From: Octopus sinensis
Lineage: Eukaryota
DNA: 64,000 bases
Direction of reading: 5' to 3'
Assembly: GCF_006345805.1 (NCBI RefSeq)
Contig: NC_043000.1
Span: 94,612,001 to 94,676,000, forward strand
The notes under the pieces were generated by a model that was not told the DNA's origin, searched no databases, and saw only the letters and a list, made by a program, of their open reading frames with translations. Positions within the stretch are counted from its first letter, which is position 1. Each line of letters starts with the position of its first letter. The position numbers were made by a program, and so were the translations under genes. Positions 1 through 12,900 of the stretch are shown piece by piece.

Positions 1-358
1 CAGTCAGCTGTTTGACGTGAACTGTGTTCACCACGCGTGCAAGCATGCGTAAATTGTATGAAAAATAAAAAAATCAAGATATAAAAACGAATCGCCGTAA
101 ACACTGTAGAAATTCGGCAAAGAAATGAATTTTCGGGATGTAGCCTTGAAGGGTTTTTCGAATTAATCGTTTGGACTTTGTGAACACATACCAATTGTTT
201 TCATAACATTTTTAACGCTTTGAATTAAATGTGACCATTTTGCGTTGAGTCTGCAGTTTGAATCACTTTAACCAAATTTTAGCAGGCCGGATTTTTTATC
301 ATCTCGATACATCGCCAGCGACACCCTGAAACTCTCCCCTGAAATCCCCGTTCAGAAA

Positions 359-842
359 TCTCTATATATAAAACTCAACTTGTGTGTCTGTGTGTGTATC
401 TGTGTGTGTGTCTGTGTGTTTAACTTTTGGATCTACCAAGTTTCATTATTAAGGATGGAAAGTAGTGTGTAACAAATCTATGTATATATAAAGCAGGTTT
501 GGTAGCCTTCAACTAACACTATCTCCTTTGAGACCCTGCAGCGCAAGTTGACCAAATTTGAGAGTATGATAGAAGAAGGCTTGCTCTTCATTTTGTAGAA
601 GATAAAATTCTAATTGGACCATGTCAACGCCAAAAATTTACATCAAAAAGGTGCTTTTTTTCTATGAAAATCCCTATTTTTTACGATTTTTTACTGCTGT
701 GTCGCCATTTTTCGGTGTATTTCAACGGGGAAAATGTTCACTTGAAGAGAATAATAAGTTGCATGAGGCAAAACTTTTACTTTTCAAAAATTTCAATTCT
801 AAAGGGTCGAAAAAACCAAGCAACACCGGGTGATACTGCTAG
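359..842 (+). mobile_element. Non-autonomous Helitron-like element
   Basis: 5' A|TC(TA)n start at 359, with a second A|TCTATGTATATATAAAG start at 477. The 3' end GCAACACCGGGTGATACTGCTAG|T has a CACC/GGTG hairpin and CTAG at 839-842. The same terminus occurs at 18194-18217. Confidence 0.7.
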
Positions 843-880
<38 letters not shown>

Positions 881-1013
881 ATATATAATATATATATATT
901 ATATATATATATATATATTATATTGAGGGAAGAATTTACGGACTTTTTCTCTTACGAGGTTTTTCCCGCTGACTACTGATAATTTCTTTTAAAGATTTTA
1001 TCCTCAATTGTTA

Positions 1014-1058
<45 letters not shown>

Positions 1059-1108
1059 CATACATATACACACACACACACACATATATATATATGTGTA
1101 TGTGTATG

Positions 1109-1143
<35 letters not shown>

Positions 1144-1177
1144 TGTATGTATATTTATCTATCTATCTAACTACATA

Positions 1178-1220
<43 letters not shown>

Positions 1221-1250
1221 ATATAATATATATATAATATATATATATAT
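843..1250. repeat. (TA)n/(CA)n/(TG)n compound microsatellite
   Basis: Dinucleotide runs read directly; they explain the IYIY-type ORFs. Confidence 0.95.
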
Positions 1251-2289
1251 ACTTCATTGAAAAGCAGTAAAAATATCACAAAAACTGTTACTCAGAGCTT
1301 CAAGTTCCCGTTCGTTGCAGAGTTTTCTTTAAAATAGAACAGAAATAATATGTAAATATATGTAATGAGTGCGGTGAATAAATTGTCTTCAAAATTACGC
1401 AAAATTGAAAATAATGACATTCTTTTAAATGATATTTCATTTGAAATGACATTTCATTTTAACAGATATATTTACCAAAATTACAATCTTTATAGCTTGA
1501 TACCTGTTATGAGTTGTCCTACACATCAACTCTCCAGATATAAATTGTCTGATATAAGTTGACCGGAAATGAGTTGACCTGATATCAAGTATATGAAGTT
1601 CAAATATTGCCAGAATTTCTCGAAAACTCGATAATTCTCAGTTGGCATCGATTTTTGTGAATGGAAATTCCCATAACGATATTACTTTTCATGCAGCTTT
1701 TGCATGTTTTGCCCGATTTTGATAAAAATCGATGAGTGAGCGAAGCTCATGGTAGTGAGTTGATGCCAATATATGACGTTGACAAAACATCGATAATTGC
1801 TTCTGAGCAATGGATTTATAAAATCAACAGGCTTTTTGCGTGCAAATTCTCATAGGGATTTTATTTTTTGCCATAACTTTTACATTTTCATGCAAATGGT
1901 CACATGGATGCTGTTTTACGACGTAGCCTTAGCACATTTCTTTGGATTTTGCTAAGATGGGATACGCTGATCAATTTTGTACAGGGGAGAGAAATAAACA
2001 AACATGATTCTCAACTGGTCGAGGTACACCCAAAAGTTTGACTGCGATTTCAGACGGTCCAGTATGTAGGAGTATGTCGAAAGCGTTAACCGGGTAAAAT
2101 CCCTGCCGAAACAGACATAACATCTTAATGAGTAATAGTTGGCACGAGGAACACAGAAGATTTCAATACAAGGTCAGAGGTGGGCTTAACTTCAACAGAG
2201 AAAACACAAGCAACTCCGGATCCAACAGTTTGTATATATGCATATATATATATATATATATATATTAGAAGAAATGAGGTACTCAGAAA

Positions 2290-2468
2290 TCTGGATGGTT
2301 TTATATTTATGGATATTTATTAGTATGCTACATGTTTTTATAAATCATATATCATAATTGAACTTTTGACAACTCCACTAGAGTGGACGAAAGCGCTAAT
2401 ATGTGATATATGATTTATAAAAACATGTAACATACTAATAAATATCTGTAAATATAAAACCATCCAGA
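2290..2468. repeat. Fold-back element: 65-bp inverted arms around a hammerhead-like loop
   Basis: 2290-2354 is the reverse complement of 2404-2468 with 3 mismatches. The loop contains TTGACAA..TCCAC TAGA GTGGA C GAAA GCGC TA. Confidence 0.85.
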
Positions 2469-2471
2469 GAC

Positions 2472-3135
2472 TTTTTTACTAGTAGTAGAAATAGTGACCT
2501 ATTTGGCTGCTATTTCTAATATTTTCGGTATGTGGTTTTGAGCAACTTGTTGCAATTAACCCTTTATTATAATTAATATAATCCTTACCAAATATGGTCA
2601 TTTCCATACCGAAAAAACTACTAGGTGAAATTTATTAATTATATTAATTTAATTTAATTATATTTCACCCTTTATGTGTATTGAATACTATTACTCCCAG
2701 ACAATATATTTGCGAAACTTCGTTTCGTTGGTAATGTTTTTGTAACTCACGCGGTAATTTTGGAAGGAGATACGAATTCGCCTGTCTATATAAATGTGGA
2801 GATGCTAGCGGACCGTTATATCGTTCGATGTCGCCTGATCGAGTTAGTGTAATGGGTGAATTTCTTCCTAGCATTTCTAGATTTATAGGAAATATTATGT
2901 TGACGAGGAAATGAACTTTCGATTCTAATCCAGAAACGAATTCGTCCATAATTAATCCAATAGGCTGGGATTTCGTTGTCTTCTTTCTCTTTACCATATA
3001 CGGGTTACAAATTCTGTTTGTGGAGCCTTTTTTTACTAGTAGTAGAAATAGTGACCTATTTGGCTGCTATTTCTAATATTTTCAGTATGTGGTTTTGAGC
3101 AACTTGTTGCAATTAACCCTTTATGTGTATTGATA
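2472..3135. repeat. Patchwork repeat with a ~96-bp direct duplication (probable PLE pseudo-LTR debris)
   Basis: 2472-2567 and about 3030-3125 are nearly identical. CCCTTTATGTGTATTGA recurs at about 2668 and 3118. Confidence 0.6.
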
Positions 3136-4189
3136 ATATATAGGTATGTATATGTATGCATATATGTATGTATATACATGCATACATACATATTTATGTA
3201 TTTTGAGTTTAAAACATGAAACGCTCCCTTCCCTTCGGTCATTCAGAATGCCCGAGGAGATGGAAGAGCTATTACGCTCTCAAATTTGAAGTAACATAAA
3301 GTACTGAATCAACCTTTCTCTCAACAAATACAATTCGGAATATCTGTTGAGTGTTACCTCTTCTCTTTAGTTCACACATTCGTGTACACACACACACACA
3401 ACACACGCAAACACATAAACAATATGAATATATGCGTGTGTGTACCTATATTTACACACACACACACACACACATATATATAGGCAAATATATATATGCT
3501 TACATATATATATATATATGTGTGGTTTGTTGGTGATTTGTGGTATGTTCTGTATATTTGGGTTAGTTATGTATTGTTCTTGTGTGTATAATTGTATACA
3601 TGTATGATTGGTGTGAGTGGGATTGCGCCCATTTTTGGGGATGTTTGTGTTTATTTGTCCGTGTGGGGCGGGAGTGGCCATTTGGTTTATATGTTGAGGC
3701 TCACATGCAATTCCAGGTACGCGCGAATGAAGTGGGCACTTGTATTTGTTATGGGTGTGTGTACTTTATTATAACAGACAATACCCAAATAAAATCTGTC
3801 AATTCAACATACCAAATAAAAAACAAAGGGATCGTAAACATTCACACATACATACAAAACTCAATATATACACCACTAAATAACACCCATCATCATATAA
3901 ATATATCCTCCAATATACATATAACAAATGCATAATAAAAATACATAATAAAATAAAATAAAAAAATATATAATTAAAGAAAATAAAAAAAATCTAATCT
4001 AATATAAATTATTAAAGTTTTAACATACCATAAACTGTTATATTAATATACATTAAAATGAACTAATTAAAACAAAGAAATATCAATAAAGACTAACTAT
4101 AATTAAAGCCTAGACTACATAACAAATAAATATAACTATCTAAACTAATTTAAACTAAACTAAAGTAACCTAACAGGGAACTATTAATG

Positions 4190-4620
4190 CTATTTATCAT
4201 GAAACTTATTATATAGGTAAAGTAATTATGTCTGCATTTTATTTTGCGCTCTTCACCAGTATTAAGTAAATTATCATACTTATAAAATAAAATTTCTTTA
4301 AACTCATTAGAGCATAAATACAACAATTAGCTCCTATAGTATATGATTTAGTTTTACAAATTATTTCCCAAATTAAACTATAATTAATATTAGTGATTTA
4401 AGATCCAATGTACTTACTAAGTCCGGTTGAGTTGATTAAGTTTTTATTTTTAAAAGAATTCATATGTTGTGCGATTCTTAATTTTATTTTTGAGGAAGTA
4501 GAACCTATATAAACCGCTTTTGGGTAATTATTCTTAAAGTTATTATCATGTAATGTAACTATACATTTATCATACATCGTTAATATCACAATTATATTAA
4601 TATACAATTATATTTATCTC
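4190..4620 (-). pseudogene. GIY-YIG endonuclease remnant of PLE
   Basis: ORF 4398-4607 with YIG motif, RxxxH and STGLSKYI; continues in a shifted frame to the CRH motif. Confidence 0.85.
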
Positions 4621-7369
4621 TACATGTACAATTAATATAAGTCTTATCATTATTAATATTATATCAAATAATTCTTTTTATAAAAATTATTCAGTTTATA
4701 TTTATTAATGAAGAAATAATGTTACCAACATTATTAGTGTGTAGAATAACCTACTCCAAAATTATTAAAAGAGAAAATGTTTCTATATTTACGATTATCT
4801 CTAATAAATAGTTCTATAACATCTAAAATCTCTTAATAATATTCGTTTTTACTTGATCTCCATAAGGAAAATTAACCAATTTTATTCTTATTAACATTAT
4901 TATTATCATTATAAATATATTTATAATTTTATTTTATTAAAATTATTTAAGAATTATATCTATGTACAGCATTAAGGAATTATTAATATTATTAATTTAT
5001 CAATATAATTATTATAATAATTATTAAATTTATTTTTATTTTTATTATTTTATTTGTAATATTATTATTATTATTTTTATTATTATTATTATATTCTTAT
5101 TTATATTTTTATCATTTTTATTATTTTTATAATATCTATTATTTTTACCACTAAACCTAACAAAATTATAATTATATTAAAAGTATCTCGAAAATTATCA
5201 TTTAAATCTTTATCACTAATATTATAAAATTTAATATTCTTATTATAACTGCCCCTCTAAGGGCCTCATTATAATAATTAGCATGTTTATTAAAAATCTC
5301 TATATCATAAGAGAGTAAAGAAATACGTTTACTTATATTATTAATCAACGATTTTTAATAGAAAATGGGTGATTACTATAACATTTATAATCTAAGGTTC
5401 TCATTAAGTTTATGATGCTAACATTAAAGTTAGTATAGGTATGTGTGAGTGAGGTGGGTATTTGTATAAGTCGTGGGTCTGTGGTTTACGTGTGTGTATT
5501 TGTGTGTGAATGTTTAGGTTAGGGGGATTGCTATATAGGCTTGTTATAGAGTTTAGCAAAGGGAGATTTTATCATTATATGTTTTTATGAGTTTTGGTTT
5601 ATCGTGGGTTTTTTAGGGAATTTGTGGTAATTTATCTATTTACGATGTTTGTTGTTTTATTACCATTGTTTCATTCATATTTTTGAGTGGTGTTCGTTTT
5701 GCCACGTGAATATTATTTTTAATTCTATTTATTCCATTTCTCCATCATATTTTAAAAGATGTTCGTTTCAAGAGCGGGAATACTTTTTATACATATGTTA
5801 AGTTCCTTGGGAACGTAATTTGTTTGGTGTATATGTTGAGGCTTATATGTACTGTGGGTTGGGTGTGAGTGGGGTGGGTGTTTGTATTTGTTATGGGTGT
5901 GTAGTTTACGTGTGTGTATTTGTGTGTGAATGTATAGGTTAAAGGGATTGCTATATAAGTATGTTATAGGGTTTAGTAAAGGGAGTTTTATCATTTATGT
6001 TTTTGTGAGTTTTAGTTTATCATGGTAGTTTTATAAAAGAATCCATTCATAATTTTTTAAATAATGTTGGTTTACCGCGTGTATATAATTTTTAATTCCA
6101 TTTATTTCTCCATTCATAATTTTAAGTGAGGTTGCTTCCATAGCGCGTATCTTTTATACATAAGTTATGTTCATTGGTAACGTAATTTGGTTTGATGTTT
6201 TTAACGGATTAGAATTTAATTTACTTCATAATTTGAAACTGACTTGAAAGTATGTATATTATTTCTCCTATGTCATATTGTTATTTTGATATTCTGGTTA
6301 CTTACGATGTATTTTATATATCGTATTATGTGTAATAATGTTGTTTTCTTTGGAGTGTTTATGTATGTGGGATGTGTGTGAGTGTGTGCGTTATTTTGGT
6401 TGTGTAGTTTGTTTATATGTATGAATGTGGGTGTGTTAATATTGTGTATATATCGAGTTTGGTGAGTATGTATATGTATATGGTGGGCATTTTTACGTAT
6501 GTATATTGTGTGTGAATGTGTTTATGGGTTTGCTATTTAGGTTTGGGGATGTATGTGTATATTTGTCTGTGTGGGGTTGAGTGGGTTTTTGGAGTATATG
6601 TTGAGGTTTATATGTATGTATAGGTATGTGTAAGTGGGGGGGTATTTGTATATGTCGTGGGTGTGTGGTTTACGTGTGTGTATTTGTGTGTGAATGTTTA
6701 GGTTAGGGGGATTGCTATATAGGTATGTTATAGAGTTTAGTAAGGGAGATTTTATCATTATATGTTTTTATGAGTTTTGGTTTATCATGGTAGTTTGTTA
6801 AGGAATTCGTAGTAATTTGTGTCTATTTGCGATGTCTGTTGTTTTATTGCATTATTTCATTCATATAATTTTTAATTCCATTTATTCCATTTCTCCGTTC
6901 ATAATTTTAAGTGATGTCCGTTTATAGAGCGGGAATGTGGGTTGTATGTGTGTGTGAGGGAGTATGAATAAGTATTGTGTTGAAGTATTTAGCTATTTTA
7001 TTTATTTATCGTGCCTAGACGTTTTTATGTGTATGTATAGGGATATATATATAGGTGTGTGATTTAGTGTATGTATTTAGATATGGTTATATATAATTAG
7101 TTATATGTGTATGGGTGTCATATAGTTTATTTTTGTTTTGTTTTATATTTTATATTTTATATTTTATATTTTATAATTTTATATTTAATTGTTGATAGGT
7201 TTATTTTAGTTTATATATTGTTTATATTGATTATATATGGATTATATATAGGTTATAAATAGATTATATATTTATATTTTTTCATTAACACTTTAATTAT
7301 TTTAAAATTATTTTTTTTATTTTAAAATTATTATTTTAATTTTAAAATATTGATATTTAGATTGGAAGT

Positions 7370-7411
7370 CCACTGAAGATTGTCGATCAAGACAAGAAAC
7401 AATTGTAGTGG
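7370..7411 (+). ncRNA. Minimal type-I hammerhead ribozyme-like motif
   Basis: CCA CTGAAGA TTGTC GATCAA GACAA GAAA CAATTG TA GTGG: intact CUGANGA and GAAA, 5-bp stem II, palindromic stem III and a GUA site. Confidence 0.7.
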
Positions 7412-7620
7412 CGGTTTTTTTGACTTTTTATTAAAATTTTATGTATTGATTAAGTCTTTCTTGTTTTGTTTTCAAAATAGTGGTTTTGTCTCTAATAATA
7501 TTATATATATATAATATATATAACGGGAAGCTTTATGAAAATAAACAAAGACGAAGGCAGGTGGAAAAACAAACGAACAATTGTATTAGTATGGCGCTCA
7601 GGAAATATAAATAAAACAAG

Positions 7621-7658
7621 TCTTTAACGTTTCGAGCCTACGCTCTTCAACAGAAAGA
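7621..7658 (-). ncRNA. Minimal hammerhead-like motif in pLTR (A6 changed to U)
   Basis: Minus strand: TCTTT CTGTTGA A GAGC GTAG GCTC GAAA CG TT AAAGA. Stem I TCTTT/AAAGA is perfect. Confidence 0.6.
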
Positions 7659-7885
7659 TATACAGAGAGAGAAAAACACAGAAAGAAGGAGAGAAAAAAA
7701 ATGCGTGCAGTAGCTAACGAATCAACATGGCGATCTGATTTCGGCCAGAGTCAAAGATCAAACATGAGACGCGAGAGCGAAATAAGGGGAGATAATAGGG
7801 TTGATAAATGGGTTGAGGGACCAGCTAAAAGTGTGGGAGGGGTCTGGATTGTGTATGTATAGGGTTGGTGTATGTATTAGTATGT

Positions 7886-7917
<32 letters not shown>

Positions 7918-8489
7918 ATGAGAGAGTATTAGTGCGTAAGATTGGTCTGGACGTGCGTATGTATGGGGTTGGTGTATGTATTAGTATGTATTAGTATGTA
8001 TTAGTACGTATGGTATGTATAGGTGTGTTGTGTGTGTGTGAGAGTATATAAGTGCGTATGCGGGGTCTGGACGTGTGTATGTATAGGGTTGGTGTAAGTA
8101 TTAGTATGTACTAGTGTATTAGTACGTATTAGTATGTATTAGTTGGTGTGTGTATTAGTATGGCACATCATGTGTGATGTGATGTGTAAAGTCATGTGGT
8201 GTAGTGAGGAGAAGAGGGGGACGGGGAGAAGAGGGGGAGGGGGAGAAGAGGGGGGGAGAGAAGGGGAGGGGAAGAAGAGGGGGAGGAGAAGGGGGGAGAG
8301 GAGAGGATGGGGAGAAGGAAGGGGATGAGGGGGAGAGAGAAGGGGAGAGAGGGAGTGAGGGAGCAGAGGGAAGGGGAAGAGGAGGGAGAAAGAGGGAAGA
8401 AGGGAAGGGGAGTAGGGGTGAAAGGATGAAGGACTGAAGAAGTAGGGGTCGGGGGGAGAAAGGATAGGTGAGGAGGGGGGTGAGGTTAG

Positions 8490-8770
8490 ATGAGTAGGGG
8501 GGGAGAGTTGAGACAAATGGCGTATAAGAGCGAAGAGAGAAGATTAATTCCTGTTCACGGCGCAAACGGGAATCCGGATGGCCTCTGTGTAAGGACAAAC
8601 CGAACACAGATAGGTGTTGCAAGGAGTGACCGGTGGAGCGGAAATGGCGTGAGACCGGTGTGTCGTTCGCAAGGTGGATGTCACGAAGGTGTTCCGCGAA
8701 CCGGTCAGCCAAGCGGCGTCCCGTTTGTCCGATGTACAAGGAATTGCAGAGAGAGCAAGAGATGCAATAG
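8490..8770 (-). pseudogene. GIY-YIG endonuclease domain of PLE
   Basis: NIIYCISCSLCNSLYIGQTGRRLADRFAEHLRDI on the minus strand. Confidence 0.9.
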
Positions 8771-9494
8771 ATAATATTGCTGGAGGTGCAGGTGAAGGAG
8801 TGGATGATGGGATAGGTCGATGGTGGGTGCTAGTGAGGCGGGTGGTGTTGGAGAGGTAAGGGCAAGTGCGGCAACGTGGGCGGGAGCAGGGGAACGAGCC
8901 GGGTTGGGAGGTAGGGTCAGGAAGGAGCTATGGACCAAAAGGTCTCGAAGGTTGTGGCTCGTTTGAAAGAGGGGAGGGGTCGGTTAGGGAAGAGGTGTGA
9001 AGTGGACGGGTCGGACTGGAGATGACGGAAAGCTCGAAGAATGGTGCGTTGGAGACGTAGGGTCGTGGGTGGGGTAAGTTGAGGGAAAAGGGAGGCGGGA
9101 GACTACAGGGTGGGTTCGGGGAGAGAGAGCAGATACACGGTCCACGGACCGTGCTCTGGCAAGGGCGGTGTGGATAGTGGTGAGGGGGTATCCACGTAGG
9201 GTGAAGTGGTGAGCCATACGTTGAGACTGAGTCTCAAAGTCATGGTCGTCACTACAGAGCCTACGTAGACGGAGGAATTGGGAATAGGGGATGGAAAGCT
9301 TGGTGTGTTCTGGGTGGGAGGAAGAGAAGTTGAGGTATGAGTGTGAGTCTGTGTGTTTGTAGTGAATGGAGGTGGTAAGAGTGGAGTGAAGAATGCTAAC
9401 CGAAATGTCGAGGAAGGAGACAGAGGTGTTGGAGATAGTGGAAGTGAAGTGGAGGGCTGGATGGAAAGATTGGACGAAAGAGAGGAAGGAATCT

Positions 9495-9530
<36 letters not shown>

Positions 9531-10149
9531 CTCTGTACCTACAGCTATCCATGTATATATGTAATTCCCAAAAAAACTGTACTTTTATATGTATGTACAT
9601 CTACATGTACACTTCAACACACGACACAATCACAGACGCACACACACACATATACATTTACACTTGTGTACACATACACACATAAAAATTCACAAAATGT
9701 AAGATTATTTTTTGCTTTATTTTATGTTTATATTATTCTTTCTTTTATAATTGTTGTTTGTTTGTTTATTATGTTTATTTTTGCGTGCAGCGTATTTCAA
9801 TTCGACAAATATCTGTAAATATATTATTGTAACACTGTTTCGCGTTTCGTTATTTCTCGTAGTTTCTAGCAAAATATCTACTCCCCACTGAAATATATAA
9901 TAAGATTTTGGCATCCTTCTGTAAAAGATAAGATATATTAATAAGAAAGTTGTGAATAAAATAAAAAAGGAGTATAACAAGAAGAAAAAAGTGAAATTTC
10001 ATTGGTGAGAATAATGAGCGTCTTATAAATGAGGATAAATTGAAGGTGGAAAAATCGATGCGAATAAAGTATTTCCAAAAAATAATGATAGTTATCAACA
10101 ACCAAAGTATAAGAAGGAAGATAAGAAAAAAGGAAAGAAAGAAAAACAA

Positions 10150-10200
10150 CAACAATAATATTAATAATGAAGAGGAAGGTAGAGGAGCAGGAGCAGTGGG

Positions 10201-10296
<96 letters not shown>

Positions 10297-10400
10297 TGAT
10301 GATGATGAGATGATGATGACATTAATAATTAGAAGAAGAAGAAGAAGAAGAAGAAGAAGAAGAAGAAGAAGAAGAAGAAGAAAAAGAGAAGGAGGAGCTA
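10150..10400. repeat. (AAT)n and (AAG)n microsatellites
   Basis: Read directly. Confidence 0.95.
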
Positions 10401-10664
10401 AAATAAGATGAGGGAATAGTGGGGTTGATGGTGAGGGTCAATTGAGGTGGTGCAGGTTGGTGGTTGTGGTGGTGGTGGAGAAATACTATTAAAGATTTTC
10501 CATTTTGTGGTTATGTTGTTCATTACAGTGTGAGAGATAATTTTTTAAAAATACTATATGTAATTGGTTTCATTTGTCTGGGCGACATATGGAGTCAAGT
10601 TTTTTATAGACACACATACACAAACACAAACATGCACATGCATATATGTGTATGTATGTATACA

Positions 10665-10702
10665 AAAAGATAGATAGATAGATAGATAGATATATAGATA
10701 GA

Positions 10703-10759
<57 letters not shown>

Positions 10760-10762
10760 CAA

Positions 10763-10812
<50 letters not shown>

Positions 10813-10845
10813 GGATGGATAGATATACAGATACATAGATAGATG
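10665..10845. repeat. (GATA)n microsatellite
   Basis: Read directly; explains the YLSI ORFs. Confidence 0.95.
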
Positions 10846-11179
10846 TGTAGTATCAGCACACAGAATAGATGTAAATAAGCAATGCAATACGTAGACATAT
10901 ATATACATTTATACGTGCACCCACAGAACACTATGCATCACCGTGTAAGCTAACGAATAAATAGAAATATATAGATACGCCATCCTACGTAAACATATAT
11001 GCATATATTTTTGATATTTCTATTACTGATATTATATTTATATATGTGTGTGTATATGTATTTGTATATATGTGTGTGTGTGCGTGTGTATGTATGTATG
11101 TATGTATGTATGTATGTATGTATGTATGTATGTAGTATGTATGTATGTATGTATGCATGTATGTATGTGTGTATAAATT

Positions 11180-11480
11180 AAATTAGAGATAAAACCACTA
11201 TTAGGCAAATCAAACAGTGAAAAACATAAACCAAAACATGAAAATAAAAATAATTAATAGAATATACAAAATATAAAATATAAAGGGCAACAACCCTGAA
11301 ACATGTCTGCAGATGTCTGACTAGCAAGGTGAAGCGGCTGACCTCCCCTGTTCGAAGGTTGTAATGGACGCAGGTTCGTGTGTCATATAGCTAGCTAGAG
11401 GCGGTGGCCTCTTGGAGCTAATCAGCGACAGCTTTAGTCTTATTTATAGACTGCCATATTAGTATGGCGATAACTATTAA
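11180..11480 (+). repeat. Interspersed repeat (pLTR-like) whose first ~100 bp recur at 36505-36600
   Basis: TTAGAGATAAAACCACTATTA(G/A)GCAAATCAAACAGTGAAAAACATAAACCAAAACAT is shared by both sites. Confidence 0.7.
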
Positions 11481-11488
11481 TATAATAC

Positions 11489-11534
<46 letters not shown>

Positions 11535-12744
11535 AACGCATATACATGCACTCAGAAATGTTAGACAAAGTCGAGCGAGGTCTATGACTTTTACAGGTCT
11601 ATTAAACTCCCGCCTTCCATCAACTCGACTTTGGCATTACCTATACAGGTCCAATGTGTACCACACTAAGCTGTCCCAATGATCGCAGAACCACTTGAAA
11701 TGAAGCATTTTGATCAATAACACAATGCAAATAGGAACCATGTTTTTGTGACAGACATACGAGTCTACATACATAAACACGCATATCTAAATTATATATG
11801 GGCATTTGTGCGTATATTAACACACATTTGTCTGTCCGGTTTGTAAATTCTGTTATATAGAAAATATTGTTTAACGAGTATCGTCGCAGATAGGACATCA
11901 TAGAAATTTAATACAAGGGCTTTCGTCCAAATGTTTCAAGAGTTATCATCTGAATCAACATTCTTTCGGTCATATACTGTACTTCTATTTTCCCAATTTA
12001 TCTGGAAATTCAGGGATGAAGGACGAGAATAAATGTCTTGCAGTGATATATCAGCGGATCACAGCATTATAGCCTTTGCTTATCAAAGCAATTCATATAT
12101 TGAAGCATCTGGCAATGTCTCTAAAACGTAGTCTGAAATATTATCAAGGTGTCGTCATCCGAGGTATTTCTCGCACAATGTTTTCAATTCATGGGTGTCT
12201 CAAATAAAGAAAATAAATTTGAAGGTTTGAGATTTTATGACCCAACCAGAGTAGCCGTCCAGTAAGTAGTACTCGAACACCAAAGTTAGGGCAAAATGCT
12301 ATTATATTAAAGCTGCATAATTCAGAATAATCTAAATACTGGGAAACTCTGATTAACCTTTCTTGGGGGTTTTCAGGTTCATTAACGTAGTATATGTATA
12401 TATACATACGCATACACATACATGCAAACACACACACACACACACACACATTTAGATAGATAAATACATAGATAGAAAGAAAGATGGATATCTTGTCCAT
12501 TGGTGGCCTGCCCTTGCATAGGTCTTGTGTATGCGAACCTTCTCCGGGACTCTCTATGCGACCGGGAGGTCCCGTCTTCTCCCCTGGCACCGACAAGTAG
12601 ATTACTGGAACTCCGGCTACTATGATTAGACTTGAGATGAACACAGATTTGAACTCAGAATACAGAGAACCGAAAGATATACTGCAAAGCCTTTCAGCTA
12701 CCGCGGCAACGATTCTATCACACACACACACTCTCTCTCTCTCC

Positions 12745-12868
12745 TGCAGAACAAAGTGAAATGAAGTGTTTCGCTCAAGAACACAATGTACCGTCCAGTC
12801 AGGGAATCGAATCCACGACCTAGTGATCATGAGTGCGACTCACTAAACTCAAGGTCACTCGCCTTCAC
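12745..12868 (-). mobile_element. tRNA-derived SINE head fragment (third family)
   Basis: The reverse complement contains a B-box-like GTGGATTCGATTCCC followed by TTGTGTTCTTGAGCGAAACACTT. Confidence 0.6.
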
Positions 12869-12900
12869 ATACACTTATATACATATACATAAATGTATAT

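Larger units (their letters stand above)
3530..7430 (-). mobile_element. Degenerate, rearranged Penelope-like element (GIY-YIG and RT thumb present; RT core not seen)
   Basis: Minus strand 4190-4620 reads VYIGSTSSKIKLRIAQHMNSF..NSTGLSKYI..WEIICKTKSY..LLNTGEERKIKCRH (GIY-YIG). About 5160-5420 reads NHPFSIK..INNISKRISLLSYDIEIFNKHANYYNEALRG (PLE thumb). G/T-rich blocks repeat at about 5440, 5860 and 6590. Confidence 0.8.
7510..9495 (-). mobile_element. 5'-truncated Penelope-like element (RT C-terminus/thumb, GIY-YIG, 3' pLTR)
   Basis: Minus strand from about 9490 reads FHPALHFTSTISNTSVSFLDISV..HYKHTDSHSYLNFSSSHPEHTKLSIPYSQFLRLRRLCS. ORF 8155-8739 reads YIGQTGRRLADRFAEHLRDI..PVSRHF. A simple-repeat tail and a hammerhead-bearing segment follow at 7510-7700. 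Confidence 0.92.

Noticed and set aside
1285-1325. Minus-strand hammerhead-like remnant (stem III ACTC/GAGT-like)
   Set aside because: The core, stem II and GAAA are all altered in this copy.
11281-11310. AGGG CAACAA CCCT GAAA CATG TC (3' half of a hammerhead)
   Set aside because: There is no CUGANGA upstream, so it was not counted as a ribozyme.
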